Below, piece by piece: positions 23,496 through 34,770 of a stretch of DNA of 64,000 nt; position 1 is the stretch's first letter, and each line of letters opens with the position of its first letter. Origin of the DNA: Selaginella moellendorffii (taxonomy: Eukaryota > Plantae > Lycopodiophyta); the NCBI RefSeq assembly GCF_000143415.4, contig NW_003314284.1, positions 434,001 to 498,000 on the forward strand, read 5' to 3'. Made by a program: the position numbers and the translations under genes. Below the pieces are notes generated by a model that did no database searches, was not told the DNA's origin, and worked only from the letters and a program-made list of their open reading frames with translations.

Positions 23496-26284
23496 AACTC
23501 TCTACTCACTTTTTACTGCCTCGCGCTCGGACTTGGTGCGGTGACTTTACAAAGGCACAGCTCGCGGATCCGAAAGCAAGAAAGAGGCTGTTGTTGGTGC
23601 ATGGTGGTGATGGTTCACAAGTTTTTTTTCTTTCGGGTGTCGCTCCTCGACACTAGCGCTGAAAGTACTCTGGGCATCAACCAGAGTACTCTCATTGTAT
23701 CAATCAGAGGGTCGGCAGTGGCAGCAGGAGTAGCATGCTCATCAGTGCTCAGCGATGAAAAATCGGTCCCGACTGATCACTTATGATCCACGGTGGGAGG
23801 GATAGACCACAGATAAAAGTTGCAACAACCGGATTGGAAGGGAAGAGATCGCTGAGCAGTGGTGTGTCGGTCCAGCCAGCCAGCAGTCCTATATAGCTCT
23901 CGACGGATAGCCTTTGGAAGTAGTAAGTCGGCTAAGCGTGAAGCAAACCTCTCGCGTGAATTATTGATCGATTTTGCAGCTCCGCTATAGTCTGGGCCGT
24001 GCTGGAAAACTTTTCAAAGTGGTAAAAAGACAGCAGCGAGAGGTTTGGGGAAATTTCTTTTTGCTGCAGCTGTTGCTGCTGCTGCTGCTTCTTTTTTTTT
24101 TTTTTCGACAGTCTAAAAAAACCGTACACTGTTGTCGTGTCAATTTTTTTGGTTTTGGCCACCACGACAGGCTATAGTCAGTATATATAGAATGCCGGAC
24201 TGGTTTCAAGCTTTGTTCCAGGCCCCACGAGCTCGTACGCGCCGAGAGCAACAGGCGTCCGTCCGGCGAGCTTCGTGTTTTTATAGGCTGCGCCGATCGA
24301 CTGTTGTATACAGTCGTGGTTGCGTATGATCACACGCAACGCAAGAGAGATAAGTTGACAGAACCGAGAAGCGAGTAAAGGCGATATCATGGAGGAGCCT
24401 CTCCCTGAAAAGTTTTGATACCGCCGAAAGCTCGGTCCGGTCTAGACTTGAGCGAGCTTAAAAAGGTTTCAAACGTGTCGAGGCGATCGATTGGCGGAGA
24501 GGAGAGAGGGGCCAAGAATGTTTAACTTGCTCGCCACTTGCGCAATGGAAATGTTTTTTCTTTTCTACGTACGGAGATTGGGAGTGATCGTCAGTCAGGG
24601 GGACGTAAGGCCTAGGCTTGAAAACATCCAAGTCCTATAGACTGTGGCTGTCCGGAGGAATTTTCTTTCGTCAATACGTAAAATATATGTACGGAAAGGA
24701 ACGGAAATGTAAGAGAGAAACAAAGACAGTAAATGGAAAAGGAGAAGAAAAAAACATCCTGTAATTTTGTAGAATTTGTGTACTGCAGCTACCAGGGAAG
24801 TGTGGAAGTGTGTACCTAGAGTTTTCATGGCTGGCTCACGTCCAGTTGATTGACATGACGCTCTTTTGGCAATGAAAAGTCGGTTTCCTTCCGGTGGTGG
24901 CGTACGGATCATGAGAGCAGTGGTCAAAGTACTTTGTTTGGGCCATTGCACTGCATTGTTTAAGGTGAGTTGAAGTGGACCACGTTGTAGGTGGCTTTGA
25001 TTATTCGATGGCAAAAAGTAGAAAACAATGGTTTCCCAAGTTAGTGTGGATAGTACGTGGCTGGCTTAGAGCCTGGAATGTCGATCGAACCCCACTAATT
25101 AATCCCGCTCCAAATCCATGTTCTTCTCGGCGATGGATCCCAAAAGCTCCCGCGCGGCTAATTTTCTAGAGTTGAGTTTCGCTTGGCTCTCTCTCGCAGT
25201 GTGTCGCGACTCGCGGAGGCGCTTGCAACAAAAACAGTGTCGCGCTCAATCATTCACAGTCGTTCGCGATGCCGTGACAAGACGCTGCCCGTTGTTTTTC
25301 CCACCTCTGGAAGATTCACCACTGTTTAGCGAAGAAGCCAGGATAAAAAAAAAATCGAGAGAGCCAACCGACAGCCACACTCCCAATCGCCATCTTCGAC
25401 TTCTGGCGCTCGCTTAGAGCAAAACCACCTGATTATTAGCACGCGGCCACTGCACTGATCCCGTTGACTATAAACATTCCCACCCAGGCTATGAATTTCC
25501 CTTCCTCGTTCTTCCCTTGGAAGTGGAATTTTCTATAACGGAGCTCGAAGTTGGTGTTGAGCTTCTTCTTCGTTTCTCTTTTCTTGTTGGTGTTGGCGAC
25601 AGCAACCACATCACCAGACATTTGGGCATTCAAGTCTTAATCCCCCGCAGATTTGATACGAAGAAATCTTTCTGAGAGCTGCTGCAGCTTGGCAACGGAC
25701 ACCGATTATTCGTTTGCTTCCTCGATTTTCATTTTGTCCTCGGCTTCTCTGTTCCTGCGAGTGAGCCTAGCCTCCTGTACACAACCCCCTACACTTTAAA
25801 TTCTCCTCCTGCTTTCCTGTTCCCCCTCCAGGTCCCTATATTTTTTCCCCTCTTTTTCTGTTTTCCCATCTTGATCGCAGCAGCCACTTCTGACCCCAAC
25901 AATTGCTCTGCCACTACTGTTGCTCGAGGCCGACGGATCACTCTATCGGGCAGACTACGAAAGCGGAGAGCCCAGCACACCCTTGGAATCATACACAATA
26001 AAAGAATGCTACAGCAGCTGCACAGCCCAAGGTTCGAATTAAAAAGAAAAAAGAAATGCTGTACCTCCCGAGGTACCAAACGATAGGCCATCACCAAAAA
26101 AGGTATTGCTTGCCACACAGCCACACCACCTTTCCTTCTGCTTCGTCTCCTTCCTCGTCTTCGTCTAAAAGTACACAGGAAGCCATTGTTGCAGCGTCAC
26201 CTTAGTGTTGTTTTGGGAACTCTCGTTGCCCAGTCAGTATCTCCTGCGAGCTTTCTTTGCGGACACAGTGTCATCGCTCCTCCT

Positions 26285-27619
26285 TCAGCTCTCCTTTAGA
26301 AATGAGTCGCAGGGATCGGGATATGTCTGTAGCCCGTGAACTGGGCCCTCGTCCGGGAGAGAGTCCGAAGTTAACAAGACGTTGGCACCGGGCTCGTCGC
26401 CAACGTTGTCCTCTGGCTTGAGACCTTCGGACTCGACGCGCTTTAGTTTCTTCGCGGGCGGCTGGCCGCCTTTGTCAGTTTCTGCTGCGGATTGGCTTTG
26501 CAGAACAACCATATCTTCCTTAGCTCCTCCGAGCTCTGGCACTCCATCGATTGTCAGTGTTGGCTCGCCTTCGTCCTGCTGCACGCCGGGTTGTTGTCCT
26601 TTTAGCATCCCCCGCATCTTCTGCTGCTCTTCTATGATCTTGGCTAGGTACGTGGACTGGGCTTCGATTCTCAGCTGCAGCTGCCGTTGAACCTGGCAAA
26701 GAACCGGATTTCAGTATCTCCATGCATAAAAAAAACTTGCGGATTTTTTCCTTTTCATCTACCTCGAGTTGCTCGTGTAGCCGTTTCTGAACTTCCATCT
26801 GCATTCGTAAAGCCTCTGTGAGTTGTATGCCTCTGCACAGACATTTAGATGATAAATACCTCCCAGAGCAAAAAATGGAAAACTACTTACGACGAGGGAT
26901 CCAGACATGGTACCACATCCAGCTTCTTGTCGCCATCGCCTGCATTGACGAGAATAAGTTGCCAAGGCTCAAGATAAAAGCACGAATCAAATAACGTACC
27001 ATCACCGGAAGAATCTGGAATAAATTTCGCAAGGCGATACTTCTGCGACAGCAACACAAAGATTCCAGTCAGACCATATGAAGGAAAAGAGGAGCAAAAC
27101 ACGAGCACACTCGCGCACCTGCAAGTGACTCTTGACGTGATAAATGGTCAGCCCGTGCACTCCCATGATCCTCAGCACTCCTTTCGGGGTGGCCCCTAAA
27201 ATGGGAAATCCATAAAAAAAACAGTTGGCGTGCCATGAGTAATATTCCACGGAAAAACGAGAAGTAAAAAAAGAGCAGAAAAGAAAAAGAAGGAAAAAAA
27301 AAAAACACAAAAAAAGAGAAGAAAACTTACTGTCTGGACCACCCAGCTGCGTCACAGCTTCCACAAAGCGATCATGTAACTCGGATGTCCAGCGAAGACG
27401 CTGCTTGACGGAATTCCCAGCGCCACCAGCGGAGGCGGGGCTGCTGGGTCCATTTGCTCCGCCACCAACACCGCCGCCGCCGGGACTTCCTAGCGGAGGA
27501 GCCTGTGGCGGAGGAAGAGGGAGTGGCGGCGGCGGGGGAGTAGTAGCCATGGTAGTCTGTGGAGCTTGGGTCCTTGGTTGCTGCATTACACTTGTTGAAA
27601 GCTTCTTCACCTGGTACAT
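26285..27619 (-). CDS. MYB-CC (PHR1-like/PHL) GARP transcription factor, copy B
   Basis: MYQVKK start, [91 protein letters not shown]. Confidence 0.93.
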
Positions 27620-28028
27620 GGGACCCTGGGAGGAATCAAAAAGAAGAAAAAAAAAACAAGGAAAAGAAAGTCATAGTTAGAAAAAAAATAAAAATTAAGT
27701 GCTTCGTCGTTCGTTCGTCCTAGGACACTAAGAAACAGGGAAATTGGCAGGCAGGGACTTAGGTCAGGCGGACAGCGAGCTGTGGAATCCGTGCTAGATT
27801 TCGGCCGATCAGGAAGCGCTAGGCGCGATCTAGGAGCCGAGGCGACATACCTGAGGGGAAAATGCGGCCGCGCGGGCAGCGACGACGCCGTCCCGTGGCC
27901 AAAAGGACGCCCGATTCGTCGCAGACCTGGAACAATAAACCCTAGAGGCGATCTGGACGCCGGGGGCCGCCCCCGGGCGCTAGCAGAGATTTGGCGCTCC
28001 TTTGGAAGAATCTATGAAAAAACCTCGG

Positions 28029-28097
28029 GCATATGCTCCCTTCGAACGCCGATGCATCCAAAGAGGAACCTTGGCATATCCTAACCCTGGGATATTC
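28029..28097. promoter_or_regulatory. Triple P1BS cluster in the PHL-B/CAP-D3 divergent promoter
   Basis: GCATATGC 28029-28036, GCATATCC 28074-28081, GGATATTC 28090-28097. Confidence 0.65.
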
Positions 28098-28246
28098 TTG
28101 GCTTGGTTCTTCTCCTATGTATCGGTCGTGGGTTCGATCCCCCGGATTGCCTGCGCTGACGTGGCCTTATCCACTTTGTCTGTGCTTTCCCGCGCAAATT
28201 TGAAATTCTAGGGTGTGAGGAGCTAGCGAGGTAGGGTTGGATCAAG

Positions 28247-31200
28247 ATGGAAGATGGAGAGGATTCGAGCTGCGAGGCGTCTTCTTTGCTGGAATCGGCG
28301 GCGCGGGACGCAAGCAGCAACAGCAATGGCAGCGGTAGGGCGTGTTTGTCCGCGGAGGCCGTCCAGAGTCTCGCGGCGGTGTTTGGGGACAGGGGCAGCA
28401 GCCATGAAAGCTTGTGGGAGGAGCTCTCGGCTCGGCAAGTGCCGCTGGGCGCGCTAGTGGATCGGTTTGTGGGCACTATGGAGACGCCGGGCAGGATTGG
28501 CGTGGAGGCGGCATTTGTCTACTTGGGTCTTCTTCTCACTCCGGACTGCCCCTTGTACAGCGTCTTTAGCTCGCTCGCGTTTCAAGTTCTTCTCCGCTGC
28601 CTACACAACTCTTTCAAGCCCAGTGGAGCTCCAGAGGAGTCCGGCAGCGGCCGGAAGAAGATCCAGAAGAAAGGGAAGAGAGCACGAAATGTGGAGGAGG
28701 GCAACGAAGAAGGTGCTTCACAGGACGATCGAAGTGGTGCGCTAGAAGTTGGTCCAGTGCTCTCTCGTCTGCGAGCGGCTTTGCGGGTGATAAGTTTGAG
28801 AGATCACCAAGGAGCTCTGAAAAGCCTTGTAGAGTTTCTCGTGGAGCTGCCCCACGCAGTGACAGGCGCTGCTGTGATCCACACCACGTTTGCGATGCTC
28901 GAAGATCTGCTCCAGCCGAAGCATGGGGACGTACCCGAGACAGCGATTCTGGTTTTGAAGCTTCTGACGCCGAGTCTTCTCCTTACGCGTGCCGGAGGAA
29001 CTTCTCAGCAAAAGTTGATGATACGATCAGCAGCCATTGAGCATGTTGCAAACTCCATGCTGGGGGAGGAGTGTGGAGATAGCCGAGCTGCAGTGGTTGC
29101 TCTGACCAGGTATTTATGTTTCAAGGCTCCCGAGAAAACCGATGCCAGGATGCAAGCGGTGGAAACAGTCATGCACTTCGTTAAACATCTAACCGCTACG
29201 GAGCAGCAGGAGTTTGGAAAGTTCGTCACCAAGCTCTCTCGAAGCAAGCCTCGCTACAGGCTACTGGCGCTGGACCTCTGCGGCTCACTCTTTTCTCAGC
29301 TGCCTGATCCTCTGGGAGTTGACGCAGCCGAAGTCGAGCGTGCAGCTGGCGACGCAAATGGTGGTAGTAGTTCTGACGGCTCAAGATGGGGAATCGCATG
29401 CTTGGAAGCAACACTGCAACGGTGCTCGGACAAAGTTCCTACAATCCGAGCACGAGCGTTGGCAACTTTGGCTCACGTCATCGAAGATCTTTCGGTGCAC
29501 GTAAGACAACGGAGTTACCTGCAAGAGCTTTTGGCGGGGCTAGGATCTTCGACTGGGAACCGTCTCTCAGATGATGGTAAAAGTTCATGGGATACGCCGT
29601 TCCACGCCATGGGTGGCGAGAACTTGTTCACCGTCCCAGGAACACGTACTCAAAAGACTCCAGCCTTCCTCAGTCCAGGTGCACACAAGGGGGATTTGGG
29701 GTCACTGATTAGTAAAAGATGCTCTGACGAGAAGGCGGCTGTAAGAAAGGGAGCTCTTCTTCTCCTGACCAAGGCAGCGATTGTCATGGGAAAGACTCCT
29801 GATGAGCAGATGTTACAGGCTATGGGCATTTCGTGTTCTGATCCCATGCTAAGCATTCGGAAAGCTGGTCTCGGTGCGTTGGCCGAGGTAATTCACTCTC
29901 ACGATTCTCTTTGGCGGTTTTCTTACGTGTGTACGTGCAGGTCACGCGAAAGTTTTCTAAAATGAAGCCGGTGGTGAAAGAATGGCTGGAGTCTGCCTTA
30001 CCCCTTGTTATGGATAACGAATCAAGTATTCAAGAAGAAGCTGTCGGACTCTTCAAGGAGCTGGTTCTAGATCCTATATCATCCGTATCGGTTATGAAGC
30101 TCTCGGATGACCGGTTACTAGCCGTTTTGCTGGATAAATCAGACGAAACAGAGAAGTCGCTGCCGCCAGGGGTGGTACATTTCCTAAGTGGCCTTGCCGA
30201 AAAGAACGATGCTGCACCTTTCGTCAAGCGAGCCTGCGCGCGCCTTGGGAAGACCAAAGGTCTAAGGGCGAGTATCGTCATGGCGTTGCAAAGCATTATT
30301 ACTGCATCAGAGGATCTGGGACGGAAGGAGAAGTCTTTTGATGGCAGGCGGGTTGCAGCTGTAGCCCAGGGAGCATGGTTTCTACTCTCGGAGCTATCAC
30401 TGTTTCTTCCGAAGGTCGTTGGCTGGGATTTTCTCCGGAAGCATTGGCAGTATTCAACGTCGGCAGCTTCGGCAGCCAGCCGGGTGCATCTTCTTCAGAC
30501 GATTGCAAATGTCGCCACCGAGCTTCCAGCAGACGCGGCTACGGATCTTGCCGACGAACTCTTGAAGCACTTGGAAGATTTCAATATGCATCCGGTGGAA
30601 GTGGGAGCACACGTAAACGCTCTCACCACCCTCTGCCGTCGGAAGGCTGCTTCGGAAGATGAAGGTGAGGAACTTGTTACCGAATGGGCAAGGCAGCTGC
30701 TTGAGAAGGCCGAAGCAATCGTAAGAGCCTACGTCTCTCTCGACCGCGAAAAGATGAACTTTCAGACACCTATAAGCATCAGAAGAAGGCCTGCTGGCGG
30801 AAGAAGCACTCGGAAGTCGAGACGGGTGGAACCTTCTTCTCAGATCGTAACTGCCGTATTTACAGTTGGAGCTATAGCACTTGTCTGCCCGGCGGCGAAC
30901 ACTGGCAGCATCACATTGCTTCTGCAAGAACTCGTTGCAGAGAGCACTGACGGGAATCTGCTGCGCGATCCTGCTGTAAGCGCACAAACGTGGCTCACAC
31001 TTGGAAAACTTTGCCTCGCAGACGATAAGCTAGCGAAGCGTCTCATACCTCTTTTTGTCCAGGTAAGGGGGTGGGGGTGCCTTATAGACTTGATATGGTA
31101 TTAATCAAAGCGAGTTTTTCAGGAGCTCGACCGTACTTCATCGGCTGCTACACGTAACAACATCATGGTGACCTTGACTGATTTTTGTGTTCGTTATACA

Positions 31201-32830
31201 GCACTTATAGAAAGGTAAAGACTATATTGTTTCTAATGTTTGCCAACGCATGGTGTGCAGCTACATTCCGAAACTAACAAAGTCTTTGCGGGATAGCTGC
31301 GAGGTTGTTCGAAGGCAAACGTTTGTACTTCTGGCTAGATTACTTCAGGTTTGTGTGTTATCTGAGTTATCACCTTTAACCGTGCTATGCTAACAGCGGG
31401 ACTACGTCAAATGGAGGGGATTGCTGTTTCATAGATTTCTTCTTGCATTAGTTGACGAGTCTCCCAAAATATGTCAAATTGCTGACTTCCTGTTCGGAAA
31501 CATTCTCAAAAGTAAGATCCGTTTGTTGCAGTCTTTATTTTGATTTCTATGATGGTTTGCAGCGAAGGCCCCATTGCTGGCATACAACAGCTTCGTTGAG
31601 GCTATTTTTGTTCTCAACGATTACCAAGGACAGTCTAGTGGTAGTAGTGCTCTTCAGTCCTCAGAAAGCGAGCGCGATCTTTTCTCTCTCAGGTAATCAC
31701 AATATTCTTTTATACCTTTCTCATGTTCGGTCTGCTTACAGAGGAAGCACTCAAGCTGTGGTTTCAAAGAGAATGTACATGTATACAACGCTATTAAAGC
31801 AAATGAGTCCCGAGCATCTTCTTGCGACCTCGGCAAAGCTATGTGCAGAAGTTTTAGCTGGTGCCGCTGATGGTGTGATTGACATCTCTACAATTTCTGG
31901 AAAATGCGTTGTTGAGGTGCGTTAGTGCGCTAGCAGTTTCCTTACACTAAGGTGCTTCTCATGGTTTACAGGATGCCCTGAAAATATTAGCATTAAAAGA
32001 AATGAGGCTCGGAGGTAACAAAGCATCCTCTAATGTGGCAGAACAAGCTGACGAAGAGGAGAATGCTGCTACTTTTGCTGCTGTGAAGGGCAAGGTTGTT
32101 ACCCAGCTTGCCAAAAGAAATCTCGTTCAAAATGCGATTCCTATCTTTATAGAGCTGAAGCGGTAAGCTAGCCTATTCAAGGGATTCCTTCTTATTACAT
32201 GTTTGTGTACTGTGCAGTCTACTTGAAAAAAGCAGCAGTCCACTCCTGGGTGCACTAATGGACTGTATGCGCTCAATGCTCAAAGATTTTAAGAACGAAA
32301 TCGAGGAAATGTTGGTGGCAGACAAGCAGCTTTTGAAGGAGCTCATCTATGATATGCAGAAGCACGAGGCCGCTAAAGCGCGCGCTAAGGCTGCAGCAGC
32401 TGTACAACCAGAGCCGCAAAAGCAACAATTTGGGGGTACAGCCGCTGGCAAGCCACACGAAGAAGCTGCCAGGCCGCCTGTTCTTTCCGCCTTGAAAAAG
32501 ACGCCAGCAGGGAGAGCTCGAGTGACTTGGCTAGACCAAACACCTCAACTTAGGGGGCTCTCATCAGCAGGTTTTATTTCACCTGGAGCTCTCAGGAGTC
32601 GCGGTGGCATTGCTGCTGTAGTCTCTCCTCAAATTCTAGTTGGTGCCGTCGGGGACATCGCTGCTGCTGCCACCGCGGCCTCCGTCCTACAAGACGCTGC
32701 AACTGGAAAGTCTACACCTCTCCGAGCAATGTCGTTGCCAAGGCTACGTACTGCTGGAAACAGATGGCAAGGTGGGACTGCGATTTGCATGCATGCAAGT
32801 CCCATGCAACTGCCGGTTGATCAACTATAA
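28247..32830 (+). CDS. CAP-D3: Condensin-II complex subunit D3 (HEAT-repeat)
   Basis: QRCSDKVPTIRARAL, RCSDEKAAVRKGAL, WLTLGKLCLADDKLAKRLIPLFVQEL, RNNIMVTLTDFCVRYT, DYVKWRGLLF, NAIPIFIELK. Confidence 0.92.
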
Positions 32831-32937
32831 AACGTCGTCCTCGTCCCGCAGCTCTCCTCACCAGGCAGGCAAGTTTCCAAGTTCTCGTCTTTTCTTCCTC
32901 ACCAAGCCGAGAGTTTTTTGTTTTTCTCCTTAGGAGA

Positions 32938-33378
32938 ATGGCCGGCAGTGCGAAGCTTTTGGGCGTGGCAGCGCTGCTGCTGCTGGTGCTCGTCGCGGTG
33001 GCGGACGCGAGGAGGCAGTCCCCGGCGTCGAGGCGGTGCCGGGAGCTGGCACAGCAGCTTCAGAAATGCGAGAGCATCACTCCTCTCCCGCAGGAGTGCT
33101 GCAGCATGGCCGACGAATACCGTCGCAAGTGCCGCAGCAGCTCTCGCGGCAGGAGAGCCCGGATTGACGAGGAGATCCTCGACCGCTGCCGCGACGAGCA
33201 TCGCCGCCGCCAGGACGAGCTCGATGAGGACGACGACTTCTTCGTTGGCGACAGCGATGGTGATGAGGTCCACCACTACAGTTAAGCAAGTTCTCTTATT
33301 TTTCTCCTTAATCTTTGTACGAAACTTTGGCGTCTAAATGATTTCTTCCTTGCAGATCAGAGGAGCGGATTTTTCTGA
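32938..33378 (+). CDS. Small secreted 6-Cys protein (prolamin/LTP-like scaffold) with acidic tail
   Basis: Signal peptide MAGSAKLLGVAALLLLVLVAVADA, Cys pattern C-x9-C-x9-CC-x9-C-x18-C, Asp/Glu-rich tail. A probable intron 33281-33355 gives ..YNQRSGFF*; unspliced, the ORF ends at 33285. Confidence 0.7.
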
Positions 33379-33581
33379 AAAGATGGATCTCGCAGTGAAG
33401 AACACAGTAACACCGATAAGTAGTAGAAGAATAACGTGTTACTCTCGCTTTTAATTTAATTAAAACCTTATACAATCACCTTCGCGGTTTTTGTTTGAAT
33501 CTAGACCGTTGGATTTGGTTGTCGTTACAACTGTAGGGAGTGGAGCTCAGGAACCCTCCAGGATTGTTGGAGGCCGTCGCC

Positions 33582-34770
33582 ATGGACGACTACGTGATGC
33601 ATATGACGCGCGTGAGCTTGCTGGACCAGCGGCTCGAAGAGAATCCTCTCAATGCCAAGGTAATCGCATCTATAGATCGATCGAATCCACTGGGAAATCT
33701 TCGATCAATCAGGTCAAGAAGCTTGTGATCAGCCGGATGATGTACGCTGGGAGAGCGGTCAAGGAGACGGACAAGGAGCGAATGACAAGTAGTCGAATAG
33801 ATTCTTTTCACTCCAAATATATCTCCTTTCTTTCGCAGATTATCACCAGGAAATGCTCCACAAGATCGCTGGCAAACTCGACAAAGTCTCTGGCTTTCTT
33901 CTCATCTATCCGACCTGTTGTCTACATTTGGTCGAGGTAGAGATTTTTCTTTTTTTTTCTCGATTCAAATCTTTGATCCACAGGCCGAGACTGTGATCTT
34001 GATGCAACTTCTCAAGAATTTGCATGCTGACACCCGGCACCTCGATTCAGTTTGCCTTCTCTCCTTCACGGAAGATGTGAGGCTCAAGTTCTAGCTATCC
34101 TTCTGTAGAAACTTATGGTTTTTCTCTGTTAGAACTGTCCAGGTGCCATACCGTTCTTTCACGAGCTGGATGACGGGGTTTATAAACTCGTCAAACATGG
34201 GACCTTACGATCCTCATCCGAAAAACAGCCTACTTACAGCGGTAAGTTGTAGCAAACCATCGGATTCGTGAGAGACGTTGGCGTTTCTCTCCAGGTCTCC
34301 GAGCTGAATGTTAATATGCTGAAATGGGGAAGGCAGCTATCGGAAATGGACGAGGTACGCTCCTTTTCTATTTTTCCGATGCTTTTTCTTTGTGGATTGA
34401 TTTTTTTGGTTTGCTCAGGAACAAAGATTGGTTTCACTCGATTCTGTCCGGACAGCTGCCGAAGAGCTTCTTCCTGATGATGCGGGAGTTATAAGTGGAA
34501 GTAAGTAGTAGTTTCCGTTACTTTGGCTAAAATTCCTCGCAGTTATTTTGGCCGAAGATGCTCCCAAGCTCAAGGACGTTCTGGAGCTGTATGATCAACC
34601 TCTGGATGACATGATATTTGATGCAGATATCCTTTATTTTTTCTTTCAGTTTTACTACATGCTTTTTCTTGACAGAATCTTCACAGCTTGTATGGCCCAA
34701 ACCAAAAGCACCATTTTCATTGTCCCCACCTACAATATATTTCACTCCACCTGCATCTCAAGCTGCTTGA
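33582..34770 (+). CDS. BLUF-fold flagellar protein, DYBLUP/MOT7/TEX47-like, 9 exons, 251 aa
   Basis: Exons 33582-33659, 33713-33788, 33839-33936, 33984-34076, 34143-34241, 34295-34354, 34419-34500, 34543-34626, 34685-34770 join in frame: ISRMMYAG..VSGFLLIYPTCCLHLVEA..LHADTRH..SFTEDVPYRSFTSWM..DAELVWP. Confidence 0.8.
34627..34684 (+). other. U12-type AT-AC intron (58 nt)
   Basis: 5' site ATATCCTTT, branch site TTTTCTTGAC (34664-34673), 3' end TCAC 12 nt after the branch A. Removal restores the frame to ELVWP. Confidence 0.88.

Noticed and set aside
23788-23810. Partial miR390/TAS3-like site (GTCTATCCCTCC on the minus strand)
   Set aside because: The seed-pairing half (TGAGCT) is absent and no second site or tasiARF is visible.
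28123-28153. tRNA-like GGTCGTGGGTTCGATCCCCCGGATTGCC
   Set aside because: Only a T-arm/B-box-like stretch; no D arm, anticodon arm or proper acceptor stem.
31350-31396. CAP-D3 intron with a U12-like branch sequence (CCTTTAAC)
   Set aside because: The donor is GTTTGT, not RTATCCTT; treated as an ordinary U2 intron.
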